A DNA stretch of 64,000 nucleotides from NCBI GenBank assembly GCA_965200965.1, contig OZ241744.1:480001-544000 (forward strand), read 5' to 3'. Positions 22,161 through 33,836 of the stretch are shown here, piece by piece (position 1 is the first letter of the stretch; each line of letters opens with the position of its first letter). Made by a program: the position numbers and the translations under genes. This DNA is from an uncultured Candidatus Binatia bacterium. Lineage in GTDB: Bacteria; Desulfobacterota; Binatia; Bin18. The notes beneath the pieces were generated by a model. The model was not told the origin of the DNA and ran no database searches. It saw nothing but the letters and a program-made list of their open reading frames with translations.

Positions 22161-22967
22161 TCAGGGCAAGAGGGCAATAATCCGCACCGGTGCCCCTGAG
22201 CCGCCGGCGATTTTCATCGGGAGAGCGATCAGCAGCGCCCCGGTTGGCGGCAGCCGGTCCAGATTGGCTACATTCTCCAGCCCGGGCAGGTTGGCTGCGT
22301 GAACGATCTGATGCGCCCCAAAGTCGGACGACTGGCCATAATCAAGACTTGGCGTATCAACACCAATCGCGTCAACGCTGCGCTGGGAGACCAGAAAGCG
22401 GGCGGCCTCGTCAGAGAAGCCCGGAAAATGCAGATTGGCCACATCGCCGGGCCGGTCGGTGCCGAGGTAGCGCTTTGTATCCGGCCAGCGTTTGCCCCAT
22501 CCACTCCGCATCAGCACGATGGCACCGGCCGGGATGGGACCGTGGGCGCGTTCCCATCCCGTGATATCGGCCACGCTCAGCCGATAATCGGGGTTGGTCG
22601 CGGCCTGAGCCTCGACGTCAATCACGACTGCCGGGCCGATGAGTTGTTGAACCGGCACCTCGGCCGCGGTCCGCTTGCCCTCAGCAAAATGGATCGGGGC
22701 GTCCATATGGGTGCCGCCGTGTTCCGCCAGGCAGATATTGTTGGCTGCATACCAGTAGCCGGCTGCGGTTTGGCCGACAGCGACAACCTCGAGTTGAAAC
22801 GGCTTGGCCGTTGGCCAGAAGATCGTGTTTTCGTCGAACGCATAGGTGAGATCAATCACCTTGTTGTCGTCGATATCCCAGCCGGCCCACACCCCGGGGG
22901 CCGACAGCCAGCCGCTCAGAATGACGGACAGGGTAAAAGTACCGCAGATTTTCAGGCAGCCCGACAT
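22161..22967 (-). CDS. Cyclase-family (kynurenine formamidase-like) metal hydrolase with probable signal peptide
   Basis: EHGGTHMDAPIHF, FPGFS, GVDTPSLD, GLENV, GGSGAPVR. Confidence 0.9.
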   Translation of the reverse strand: MSGCLKICGTFTLSVILSGWLSAPGVWAGWDIDDNKVIDLTYAFDENTIFWPTAKPFQLEVVAVGQTAAGYWYAANNICLAEHGGTHMDAPIHFAEGKRTAAEVPVQQLIGPAVVIDVEAQAATNPDYRLSVADITGWERAHGPIPAGAIVLMRSGWGKRWPDTKRYLGTDRPGDVANLHFPGFSDEAARFLVSQRSVDAIGVDTPSLDYGQSSDFGAHQIVHAANLPGLENVANLDRLPPTGALLIALPMKIAGGSGAPVRIIALLP

Positions 22968-23112
22968 GCGCTTTCCTCCTGTGTGTTGCAATAGCGCATG
23001 GACAGCCAGCCGACAAGCGAGGCCGCGATTGACAAACCCCAGGAGCCAGCAGGATAATCGGGGCCCCTATTTGCCCTCGGCTCCTCGCCCTGAGCACAGT
23101 AAGGAGGAAGCA

Positions 23113-24228
23113 ATGGTTCGGCAGTATACATTCCCCCAGTTGGAAAACGTGATTTTTGGGGCCGGCGCGCTCGATCGCGTGCCCGGCGAACTCGACCGTT
23201 TTGGCAAGTGCCGCGCCCTCGTCCTGACCGGCCACAGCCTGTCAACCACAACCGATCTCATCCAGCAATTTGAAGCCATGCTCGGCGAGTGCTGGGCCGG
23301 AACGTATACCGGCTGCAAACAGCATGTGCCGAGCCACACGGTTGACGAAGCCCTGGCTCTGGCCCGCGATCGCGGGGCCGATTCGATTATCAGCTTTGGC
23401 GGTGGCAGTCCGATTGACGCGGCTAAAATTGTGGCCCTGGAACTGTTGGAAGACGGCCAGAGCCAAGCCGATATGCCCCAGATCGCCATCTCGACAACCC
23501 TGTCCGCGGGGGAGTTCACCCCGTTTGCCGGGATTACGGATGAGGAGACGCGGGTGAAAGGGCTGCGGGTTGATCCACGGATTGTTCCTAAAACGGTCGT
23601 GCTTGACCCCCAGGTGACCCTGCCGACCCCGCAACAGCTCTGGACGGCCACCGGCATTAAGGCACTCGATCATGCCATTGAGGCCCTGTGGTCGGTCAAC
23701 CCCCAGCCGGTGTCTGACGCGCTGGCCATGGAAGCGATTCGCAAGCTGTACGTCTCGCTGCCCCTGTCGGTACAGGAACCCGACAATGTTGAGGCCCGCG
23801 GCGAGTGTCAGGTGGCGGCTTGGCTGTCCATTTTTGGCTTGGGCAATGTCGGCGTCCGCCTGAGCCATATCTTCGGCCACCAGATCGGCGCGCGCTGGGA
23901 TGTGCCGCACGGGGTGACCTCGTGCATCACCATTCCCCACTGCATGCGGTTTCTGGCCCCGCAAACCCTGGAGCAGCAGGCCAAGATCGCCGAGGCGTTC
24001 GGCATCCAGACCAAGGGGCGCTCGCTCGAAGCGGTTGCGGCTGAGGCCGCCGAGGTGGTCGAGGGCTTTATTGACAGCTTTGACGTGCCCCGCCGGCTGC
24101 GGGATGTCGGGGCCAAGGAAGACGAGTTGTCGGTTGTGGCCGGGGCGGTGATTGAAGAAAGCTCGCTGTGGCACAAGCAACAGGGGGCTGAAGAAGCCAT
24201 GCTGGGGCTGCTCAGGGCGATGTGGTAG
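23113..24228 (+). CDS. Iron-containing alcohol dehydrogenase family (maleylacetate reductase-like)
   Basis: GGGSPIDAAK, TTLSAGE, KALDHAIE, H..GH, VPHG; AAGGAGG RBS. Confidence 0.88.
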   Translation: MVRQYTFPQLENVIFGAGALDRVPGELDRFGKCRALVLTGHSLSTTTDLIQQFEAMLGECWAGTYTGCKQHVPSHTVDEALALARDRGADSIISFGGGSPIDAAKIVALELLEDGQSQADMPQIAISTTLSAGEFTPFAGITDEETRVKGLRVDPRIVPKTVVLDPQVTLPTPQQLWTATGIKALDHAIEALWSVNPQPVSDALAMEAIRKLYVSLPLSVQEPDNVEARGECQVAAWLSIFGLGNVGVRLSHIFGHQIGARWDVPHGVTSCITIPHCMRFLAPQTLEQQAKIAEAFGIQTKGRSLEAVAAEAAEVVEGFIDSFDVPRRLRDVGAKEDELSVVAGAVIEESSLWHKQQGAEEAMLGLLRAMW

Positions 24229-24295
24229 TGCATGACTTGCAGCTTTTCTTTCTCGCCGGGAAAGTGCTAAGGGAGGAGGGAAGGAGGGATGCGCT

Positions 24296-25711
24296 ATGGC
24301 AAGCCTCGCTGAACTGTGTACCAGGACCATGACCGAAGTTGCCGCGCTGATCCAGAGCAAAGAGGTCTCGCCGGTGGAACTGACCCGGGCCATGCTGGAC
24401 CGCATTGAAGCCCTTGACGGCAAGCTGTGCAGCTATATCACGGTGAGCGCGGATTTTGCCCTGGAACAGGCCCGGGCCGCAGAGCAGGAACTCACGGCCG
24501 GGACCTACCGGGGACCCTTGCACGGCATCCCGGTTGCCGTCAAAGACCTGTGTTTCACCAAGGGCATTCGCACCACCTGCGCGTCGAAGATCCTGGCCGA
24601 CTGGACGCCCGACTCCAACGCCACGGTCATTGACAAACTGTACGCCGCCGGCGCGGTGCTGCTGGGCAAACTGGGTATGACGGAGTTTGCCCTGTCCGGT
24701 TATCATCCCTCCGTCCAAGCTCCGCGCAACCCGTGGAATCTCGACCGCTGGCCGGGCGCGTCATCAAGCGGTTCCGGGGCTGCCACGGCCGCCTCGCTGT
24801 GCTTTGGCTCGCTCGGCTCAGATACCGGCGGCTCAATCCGGTTTCCGTCCGCAGCGTGCGGCGTTGTGGGCATCAAGCAGACCTATGGCCGGGTCAGCCG
24901 CTACGGCGTGTTTCCGCTCGGCGAGACGCTCGACCATGTGGGGCCGATGACGCGCAGCGTGGCCGATGCAGCGGTTATGCTGCGGGCAATTGCCGGCTTT
25001 GATCCGAACGATCCGACCACCCGGCGGGAATCGGTCCGCGACTATCTGGACCTGCTTGATAACGGGGGCAGGGCGCTGCGGATCGGCGTTGATGAAGCCT
25101 ACTGCACAGAGGGCGTACACGCCGAGGTCAGTCAGGCCGTCCTGTCAACGGTCAAGGTGTTGCAGGACTTAGGCGCTGAGATCCGCGAAGTGAAGGTGAG
25201 TGGGATCAACACCGAGGCGCTGGACGCCTGGTTTACGATCTGCGCCGCGGAGGCGGCCGCGGCCCACGCCGAGACCTACCCGGCCCGGGCCGACGACTAC
25301 GGGCCAACCTTCCGTTCTTTTCTGGAGGAAGGGGTCAAGGTCAGCGGGGCAGACTATGTGAAAGCCTCAATCATCCGCCAGGGTGTGTGCCGCATGATTG
25401 ACAACCTGTGGCAAGAGGTTGATCTGCTGCTGTGCCCGTCGATGCCCAGCCCGCCCATTCCCCTATCGGAGTTTTCTCCCCACGCTTCCCTGTCCAGAGC
25501 GGCCGCCGGCGGTCTGCTGCGTCACACCGCGCCGTTTGATTTTTCAGGCAGTCCGACCATCTCGGTTCCGTGTGGCTTTGACTCGGAGGGGCTGCCGCTG
25601 AGTCTCCAACTCGTTGGCCGGCATGGTGAGGAGGGTACCGTCATACAGGCCGGCCACGCCTATGAGCAGGCCACCGAGTGGCATACCCATCGTCCGCCGG
25701 TTGAGGGCTAG
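24296..25711 (+). CDS. Amidase signature family protein
   Basis: GPLHGIPVAVKD, GASSSGS, GSDTGGSIRFPS. Confidence 0.93.
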   Translation: MASLAELCTRTMTEVAALIQSKEVSPVELTRAMLDRIEALDGKLCSYITVSADFALEQARAAEQELTAGTYRGPLHGIPVAVKDLCFTKGIRTTCASKILADWTPDSNATVIDKLYAAGAVLLGKLGMTEFALSGYHPSVQAPRNPWNLDRWPGASSSGSGAATAASLCFGSLGSDTGGSIRFPSAACGVVGIKQTYGRVSRYGVFPLGETLDHVGPMTRSVADAAVMLRAIAGFDPNDPTTRRESVRDYLDLLDNGGRALRIGVDEAYCTEGVHAEVSQAVLSTVKVLQDLGAEIREVKVSGINTEALDAWFTICAAEAAAAHAETYPARADDYGPTFRSFLEEGVKVSGADYVKASIIRQGVCRMIDNLWQEVDLLLCPSMPSPPIPLSEFSPHASLSRAAAGGLLRHTAPFDFSGSPTISVPCGFDSEGLPLSLQLVGRHGEEGTVIQAGHAYEQATEWHTHRPPVEG

Positions 25712-25736
25712 ACCGCGGCCCACCGTCTGGCTTGGC

Positions 25737-26960
25737 TCAGGTCTCGCCCCGGTACAGCACGCCCTGGGCGTACAGGCTGGCGAGACTGTCCAGCGCGCGG
25801 CCTAGGTAGCGGCCTAAGACCTCATCGTTGTGCTCGCCCAGGAAGGGCGCTTCAAGCGCAAGGCTGTCTGGAAAGGCCGAGAACTTGAATGGAAAGCCAG
25901 GGATTGTCACCTCGCCCAGAATCCGGTCAGGGACTTGGCGGACCATCTTGCGGGCGGTGAAATACGGGTGCGAAACCGTCTCCTCAATCGACAGGACCGG
26001 GCCGGCCGGCACCCGGTGGTCGGCCAGGGCTTTGAGTGCCGCCTCATCGGTTGGGAAGGATTGCAGCCAAGCTTCGATCATGGCGATCAACTCTGCCTGA
26101 TGTTTGGCCCGCCGGCCGGCTGAGGAGAAGCGCGGGTCGTTGCTCAACTCCGGCCGGCCCAGCGCCCGGGCCACATTCGGCCACTGGCGGTTGAGGGCCA
26201 GAATCACCATATAGCCCTCCGGGCCTTTGAAGACCCCCTGGGGGCACGACAGTCGGTGGTGGATGCCAAACCGCAGCGGCGTATAGGCCCCCTTGCTGGC
26301 CGCGTACAACTGCACCTCCACCGACTGCATATGGTACAGGGCATCGACCATTGCTAGGTCAATGTATTGCCCCTGGCCGGTGCGGCCGCGGTGCAGCAGG
26401 GCATAGCCGAGGGCGGCAAAGGCGTGGACGCCGGCCACCCCGTCGGCAATCGCCACGCCGACAAAGCGGGGCGGGCCGTCTGGGTCGCCGGTCATGTGCA
26501 TGATGCCCGAAAACGCCTGGGCGATGTAATCGTAGCCGGTCAGGTGCGACATCGGCCCCTGGCGGCCAAAGGCCGAGATGGAGCACATGATGAGGCCGGG
26601 GTTGAGTTGTCTCAGCGCCTCATAGTCCAGGCCGCGGCGCTCAAGTACGCCCGGCCCGTAATTCTCAATCACCACATCCACATGAGGGATCAGCGCCTGG
26701 ATCAGCCTAATGGCTTCGGGTTTTTTGAAGTTGAGGCACAGGCTCTTCTTGCCCCGGTTCTGCTGAATGAAGTAGACACTGCGGCCATCCTTGAGAAATG
26801 GAATGGTGCGCGACGGGTCGCCGTGATCGGCCTGCTCAACCTTGATAACCTCAGCACCAAGTTCGGCCATTAGCCGGGTCGCGGTCGGCCCGGCAAGATA
26901 TTGGGTGAAATCCAGGACAGTGACGCCGTCCAGCATGGGCGGCTGGCTTGCCTTGCTCAT
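25737..26960 (-). CDS. Family III CoA-transferase (CaiB/BaiF)
   Basis: VLDFTQYLAGP, NRGKKS, GYDYIAQAFSG, IADGVAG, APFLGEHN. Confidence 0.93.
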   Translation of the reverse strand: MSKASQPPMLDGVTVLDFTQYLAGPTATRLMAELGAEVIKVEQADHGDPSRTIPFLKDGRSVYFIQQNRGKKSLCLNFKKPEAIRLIQALIPHVDVVIENYGPGVLERRGLDYEALRQLNPGLIMCSISAFGRQGPMSHLTGYDYIAQAFSGIMHMTGDPDGPPRFVGVAIADGVAGVHAFAALGYALLHRGRTGQGQYIDLAMVDALYHMQSVEVQLYAASKGAYTPLRFGIHHRLSCPQGVFKGPEGYMVILALNRQWPNVARALGRPELSNDPRFSSAGRRAKHQAELIAMIEAWLQSFPTDEAALKALADHRVPAGPVLSIEETVSHPYFTARKMVRQVPDRILGEVTIPGFPFKFSAFPDSLALEAPFLGEHNDEVLGRYLGRALDSLASLYAQGVLYRGET

Positions 26961-27110
26961 ACGCTCTCCCTCCGTGCCAGCCTGTATAGCCTACCGGGCG
27001 GCGTCTTGCCATTGTCTGGCCGGGCGGTCTATACCGAAGGACGCCTCGCGATATCTCGACAGGAAGGCATCACGAGGCGTCCTTAAGGGCAGGGAGAGGA
27101 GGGTGACGGC

Positions 27111-27527
27111 ATGACCGGCCCGGAGAAGGTCGTCAAACACCTGGAGATGACCCAAGCCATCATTAACCGTTTGGGGAGCAACTCCTTCCAGCTTAAAGCT
27201 TGGAGTATGACCCTCATTGCGGCCGCGATGATGTTGATTGCCCGACGCGACCTGCAAAGTCCCGGTATCATCCCGGCATTCATCCTGCCCATTGTCGGGT
27301 TCTGGATCCTGGACGGGTATTTTCTTTGGCAGGAGAGGTTGTTTTGGCAGGTGTACGACGAGCTCAGAGGGCAAGCGGACACGGATTTCAAGATGGATGC
27401 GCTGAAGCATCAGACCAAGCCCCAATGCAGTTGGCCGTCTGCCGTGTTTTCTGTAACCCTGAGCGTTTTCTATGGGGTAGAGTGCGCGTTGACCCTGCTT
27501 GCGTTTGCGATAATCGCCGCGCCCTGA
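27111..27527 (+). CDS. Small multi-TM membrane protein of unknown function
   Basis: GAGGAGG RBS; KHLEMTQAIINRLGSNSFQLKAW and LDGYFLWQERLF segments with about three hydrophobic helices. Confidence 0.7.
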   Translation: MTGPEKVVKHLEMTQAIINRLGSNSFQLKAWSMTLIAAAMMLIARRDLQSPGIIPAFILPIVGFWILDGYFLWQERLFWQVYDELRGQADTDFKMDALKHQTKPQCSWPSAVFSVTLSVFYGVECALTLLAFAIIAAP

Positions 27528-27557
27528 CACAGACAGGTTTCAGCAAGGCGGGGAGGT

Positions 27558-27719
27558 ATGCAGGCGCTCTACTGGGACGGGCAACAGCTACAGTTCAGGC
27601 GGGACTATGCCAGCTATTCATTGGGCCGCTTCTTGATACGGTCTATCCCTTGGCCGAGGGGATTGAGGCGGTCGGTCGCGCGGCCCGGGGTGCTGAAAGT
27701 CGTGCTGAAAAACGCCTGA
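27558..27719 (+). pseudogene. Internally deleted zinc-type (MDR) alcohol dehydrogenase remnant
   Basis: GGAGGT RBS + MQALYWDGQQLQFRRDY (N-terminus-like) joined to PLLDTVYPLAEGIEAVGRAAR..VLKVVLKNA* (C-terminus-like). Confidence 0.6.
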
Positions 27720-27732
27720 GGGGAGGGCGAGT

Positions 27733-28170
27733 ATGAAAATCCCAGGATGGCTCTGGATGGCCGCTGCTGGCGTGCTGGTGCTGGCCTGGATCGAATGGAC
27801 TAGGCCGGACAGCGAGCCGCTGCCGGCGTCACGCGCAGTGGCGTTCTTTAATGCGGCCGGCTCAGGCGACGTAGCAACCCTTGAACACCTGCTGGGCAGC
27901 GGGATGGACGTGAACGCCAGAGACGACAGCTTTGGCTATACAGCGCTGATTATCGCCTCTCGCCGGGGACATCTCCCGGTTGTTGAGCTGCTGCTGGCCA
28001 AAGGGGCGGATGTCAACGCCACGGACCATTATGGCAATACGGCCCTGCGCTGGGCGCTGAAAGCCAATAAAGGTGAGGCCCAGGCGGTTGTTCAACGGCT
28101 CAAGCAGGCCGGGGCGGTCGAGCCGGACCGGGCCGGGCGCGTGTTGCCGAGCCTCGTGTTTCCCTGCTAG
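27733..28170 (+). CDS. Membrane-anchored ankyrin-repeat protein
   Basis: N-terminal hydrophobic helix; GMDVNARDDSFGYTALIIASRRGHLPVVELLLAKGADVN...GNTAL. Confidence 0.88.
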   Translation: MKIPGWLWMAAAGVLVLAWIEWTRPDSEPLPASRAVAFFNAAGSGDVATLEHLLGSGMDVNARDDSFGYTALIIASRRGHLPVVELLLAKGADVNATDHYGNTALRWALKANKGEAQAVVQRLKQAGAVEPDRAGRVLPSLVFPC

Positions 28171-28222
28171 GCTTACTACCCGACAGGCCCGGGATCGGGA
28201 CAAGAAGACAGACAGGAGGAGT

Positions 28223-29455
28223 ATGATGAGCGCGCCGGTGTATGTGTTGGGCGGATACCAGACCGATTTTGCCCGCAACTGGATGAAAGAAGGCCGGACT
28301 ATTGTTGAGATGATCCAGGAGTCGGTCTCGGAAGGTTTCGCCGCGACCGGGCTTGCGCCCCGGGACCTTGATGTGGCTCACGTCGGGAACTTTGCCGCGG
28401 AACTGTACTGCAACCAGGGCCACCTCGGCGCTTTTCTGGCCGAGATAGACCCGGCCCTGTCCGGCATTCCGACCTCGCGCCACGAAGCCGCCTGCGCCTC
28501 AGGGAGTGTGTCGATGCTGATGGCCTCGGCCGAGATTGAGGCTGGCCGCTACGACTTGGCCCTGGTTGTCGGGGTGGAACAGATGAAGACGGTCGATCCC
28601 GCCACCGGCGGGGATTTTCTCGGTACCGCGGCCTGGTACGATCAAGAGGCCAAAGGCGTGGCGTTTGCCTTTCCCAAGCTGTTCGGCCAATTGGGCGACG
28701 TGTATGAGGAGCGCTACGGCCTCAAGGAAGAACACCTGACCCGGATTGCCGAGATCAACTATGCCAACGCCCGCCGCAACCCCCAGGCCCAGACCCGGGG
28801 CTGGTTTCCAGACGAGGGCCAGGACCTGTCTTCGGGCAAGTATGTGAATCCGGTGGCCGGCCGGCTGCGGGTGCGCGACTGCTCCCAGGTGACGGACGGG
28901 GCGAGTGCGATTTTCCTGGCTTCGGCAGCCTTCGCCAACACCTATGCCGACCGTCACGGCCTGAGCCCGGGCCGCCTGCCGCGGCTGCTTGGCTGGGGGC
29001 ACCGTACCGCGCCGATCAAGTTTGCTACCAAGATCGCCGAGAGCAACGACAATCCCTACATCCTGCCCCACACCCGACGGGCGATTGTCGATGCCTTTGA
29101 GCGGGCCGGGCTGCCGGACGTGTGGAGTGTGCAGGGCATTGAGACCCACGACTGTTTCACCACCTCTGAATACATGGCGATTGACCACTTTGGCCTGACC
29201 CGGCCCGGCGAGTCGTGGCAAGCGGTTGAAGCGGGCGTGATTGAGTTCGGCGGCACGCTGCCCATCAACGCCAGCGGGGGCCTGATTGGCTGTGGGCATC
29301 CGGTCGGCGCGACCGGCGTTCGTCAGGCGCTTGACGCCTATAAGCAGGTCACAGAGCAGGCCGGCGACTACCAGATTGACGCTGCCCGGAAAATTGCGAC
29401 TCTCAACATCGGCGGTTCAGGCACAACCAGTGTGGCCTTAGTGATCGGCCACTAA
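28223..29455 (+). CDS. Acetyl-CoA acetyltransferase, SCP2-type thiolase-like
   Basis: EAACASG, HDCF, GHPVGATG; GGAGG RBS before ATG 28223. Confidence 0.9.
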   Translation: MMSAPVYVLGGYQTDFARNWMKEGRTIVEMIQESVSEGFAATGLAPRDLDVAHVGNFAAELYCNQGHLGAFLAEIDPALSGIPTSRHEAACASGSVSMLMASAEIEAGRYDLALVVGVEQMKTVDPATGGDFLGTAAWYDQEAKGVAFAFPKLFGQLGDVYEERYGLKEEHLTRIAEINYANARRNPQAQTRGWFPDEGQDLSSGKYVNPVAGRLRVRDCSQVTDGASAIFLASAAFANTYADRHGLSPGRLPRLLGWGHRTAPIKFATKIAESNDNPYILPHTRRAIVDAFERAGLPDVWSVQGIETHDCFTTSEYMAIDHFGLTRPGESWQAVEAGVIEFGGTLPINASGGLIGCGHPVGATGVRQALDAYKQVTEQAGDYQIDAARKIATLNIGGSGTTSVALVIGH

Positions 29456-29458
29456 GCC

Positions 29459-31003
<1,545 letters not shown>

Positions 31004-31018
31004 GTCCGGGCCTGGCTC

Positions 31019-32818
31019 CTAGCGAGAGACGGCTGAGGACGGGCTGGGGTACATGGCTTCAATCTGCTCCTGGCGGGTCTCAAGGACATGGCGGCGTTTG
31101 ATCTTGAGTGTTGGAGTCAGCTCTCCCCGGTCCTGAGAAAAGGGCTGGCTGAGGACGCTGAACTGGCGTATCCGGGCCGGTATCGGCAGGCTGGTATTGA
31201 CGGCGTTGACCCGGCGGCGAAACAGGCTCTGGACGGTCTGGTGGCTGAGGATGACCGGCCAATCGCCAGACACGCCCTTCTTGCGTGCCAGGGTCTCGAC
31301 GAGGGCTTGGTTGGGGACGAGCAGGGCGGTGATAAACGGTCGCTTGTCGCCGATGAGACAGGCTTCTTCGATCAGCGGGTCTTGTTTGAGGGCACTCTCA
31401 ATCGGCTGGGGGGCGATATTCTCCCCGGAGTCGGTAATAATCAGGTCTTTCTTGCGGTCGGTGATGGTGATGAAGCCGTCGGCGTCAATCTGAGCGATGT
31501 CGCCGGTGTGTAGCCAGCCGTTGGCGTCAATGGCGGCCGCGGTCTCCTCGGGTCGGCGGTAATAGCCGGCCATGATGTTGGGGCCGCGGGCGCAGAGTTC
31601 CCCATCCGCGGCAATGTTCACTTCGACCTGCGGAAAGGCCAGCCCGACTGTGCCGAGACGGGTCCGGCCCGGTCGGTTGCAGGAGATGACCGGCCCGGCC
31701 TCGGTCAGGCCATAGCCCTCGTACACGGGAATGCCGACCCCGTAGAAGAAGCGGGCGATCTCGGCGTTGAGCGGCGCGCCGCCCGAGACCACAAAGCGAA
31801 TGCGCCCGCCCAGCGTTTGGCGGAGTTTCTGGAACACCAAGCGGTCAAGGACTTGGAGTTGCAGACCTTGCAGGGCCGGAATCGCCCGTTCTTCCACCCG
31901 TCTGGTCCCGACGGAGTTGCCCAGGGCCAGGGCCCAGGCCAGAATCTGGCGCTTGGCAAAGCCGGCGCTTTCCCGTTCGCCGACCACACGGCGGTAGACC
32001 AGCTCCAGGACGCGCGGCACACAGCACAGCAGGGTCGGTCTGACCTCGGCCAAGTCCCGCAGCAGGCTGACCGTTCCGCCGCCGTAGGCGATGCTGCCGC
32101 CGACATACAGGGATGTGTACAGCCCGCCGGTGCGCTCAAAGCCGTGCGACAGGGGCAGGAAGGACAGGGCGGTGTCGTCCGCGCTGAGCGGCAGGACCTG
32201 ACTGCCGGCCTGCGCATTGCTCAGCATATTGCAGTGGCTCAGCATCACCCCTTTGGGGAAGCCGGTCGTGCCCGAGGTGTAGATGATGGTTGCCAGCCCG
32301 GGGTCGGCGAGCGGTGGCCGCCGGTCCGGGTGTCGCTCGCCGAGCGCCAGCAGTTCGGCAAAACGGCAGGCGGCGAGAGACCCGGAGTCGGGCGGCCGGG
32401 CGTCAGGCTCAAGCAGGATCATCTGTGACAGCTCGGGCAGCGCGGGGGCGATTTTCAGGACCTTGTCCAGTTGGCCACGGCCGGACACGGCAAGAAAGCT
32501 GGCCCCGGAATCTTTGAGAATGTAGGCCAGGTCGTGGCCGGGACTGGACAGATACAGCGGCACATCAACCCCGCCCAGATACAGACAGGCCAAGTCCATG
32601 ATGGGCCATTCGGGTTGGTTCTCGGCCAGCAGGGCCAACCGGTCCCCGGCCTTAAAGCCGAGGGCGGCCAAGCCGTGGGCGGCGTGGATAATCTGTTCGG
32701 CCAGTTGCCGCCACGACATAGCTTCCCAGTGCTCGCGCCGTTTGCGCAGAAAGACGCGGCGGGAAGCATGGCGGTTGGCCTGCTCCAGGACCATGTTGGC
32801 AAGAGAGGTCGGTGTCAT
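31019..32818 (-). CDS. Long-chain fatty acid--CoA ligase
   Basis: YTSGTTGFPKG, EGYGLTE, WLHTGD, DRKKD, GELTPTLK. Confidence 0.93.
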   Translation of the reverse strand: MTPTSLANMVLEQANRHASRRVFLRKRREHWEAMSWRQLAEQIIHAAHGLAALGFKAGDRLALLAENQPEWPIMDLACLYLGGVDVPLYLSSPGHDLAYILKDSGASFLAVSGRGQLDKVLKIAPALPELSQMILLEPDARPPDSGSLAACRFAELLALGERHPDRRPPLADPGLATIIYTSGTTGFPKGVMLSHCNMLSNAQAGSQVLPLSADDTALSFLPLSHGFERTGGLYTSLYVGGSIAYGGGTVSLLRDLAEVRPTLLCCVPRVLELVYRRVVGERESAGFAKRQILAWALALGNSVGTRRVEERAIPALQGLQLQVLDRLVFQKLRQTLGGRIRFVVSGGAPLNAEIARFFYGVGIPVYEGYGLTEAGPVISCNRPGRTRLGTVGLAFPQVEVNIAADGELCARGPNIMAGYYRRPEETAAAIDANGWLHTGDIAQIDADGFITITDRKKDLIITDSGENIAPQPIESALKQDPLIEEACLIGDKRPFITALLVPNQALVETLARKKGVSGDWPVILSHQTVQSLFRRRVNAVNTSLPIPARIRQFSVLSQPFSQDRGELTPTLKIKRRHVLETRQEQIEAMYPSPSSAVSR

Positions 32819-32893
32819 GGCTGTTTTCTCAGGACCGGAATGGGACAGTGGAGGGGCGACCCTGTAGGGCCGCCCTGGCTGGCTGGATTCGGT

Positions 32894-33693
32894 TCAGGCT
32901 GCAACCTGCTTGAGAAAGCCGCGCAGGTCAGCGTTGAAATCGGCCGGCCTCTCAAGCTGATAGAAATGTCCGACTTCGTCCAGGACCTTGATCTGGGCGT
33001 TGGGGATATGGTCGGCCAGGAACTGATTGACCTCAACCGGGGTGGCCTGGTCTTCCCGGCCGGCGTAGATCTGGGTGGGCTTGCTGATGGACTTGAGTTG
33101 CTCAGAGATGTTCCAGTTGAAGACCCCGTTGGGGTCGCTGGCCGAGGCAAAGAAGACGTGTTTGGGGAAATTGTCGTCCACTATGAACTTGGCCTTGATG
33201 AGGTCCAGCACTTCGGGCCGCTCGCGTTTGGTCCGGGCCGCTACCGCGCCTTCCATCAGGCCGCTGAACGCGCCGGTGAGGTCGTCCTGGAACGCCTGGC
33301 CGGCTTCGGGCGGCATGGTGGGCGGACAAGTTTGTCCCGCTGCTGACAATTACATTGCCCAAGACCCGGTCGGGAAAATCGAGGTTGAACTGCATGGCGA
33401 TCATGCCACCGATCGAGTTGCCGACCAGAACGGCTTTGTCAAGCGTCAGCTGATCAAGCACCGCGGCCACATCGGCCGTCATCTCGCCGATGGCATAGCC
33501 CCGCTGGGGCTTGTCCGAGCGGCCGTGGCCGCGGTGGTCAATCGTCACGCACTGATAGTCCTGGGCATAAGGTATAGGTCTGGAAGTACCAGATATTGCC
33601 GTTGGTCGAGAAGGGGTGCAGGAAGACCAGCGGGGTCCCCTGACCGTGACTCTCATAATACACGCTGACGCCGCTGCGCTGGATATGGGGCAT
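32894..33693 (-). pseudogene. Alpha/beta hydrolase with two apparent frameshifts
   Basis: MPHIQRSGVSVYYESHGQGTPLVFLH / DHRGHGRS..GNSIGG / GREDQATP..GHF in three successive frames; shifts near 33570 and 33320. Confidence 0.78.
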
Positions 33694-33836
33694 AAGGAAA
33701 ACCCTCCTTGTTGGAAATGTGCCCTCCCTTTAGCATACCGGCCCGGCCAAAGCCAAGCGGCTGGCGGGCCGGCTTGACACCGCTCTGGCAGGGTGTGAGA
33801 AAAGGGTTGGTCCGGCATTTTTGCAGGAGGGAGACC

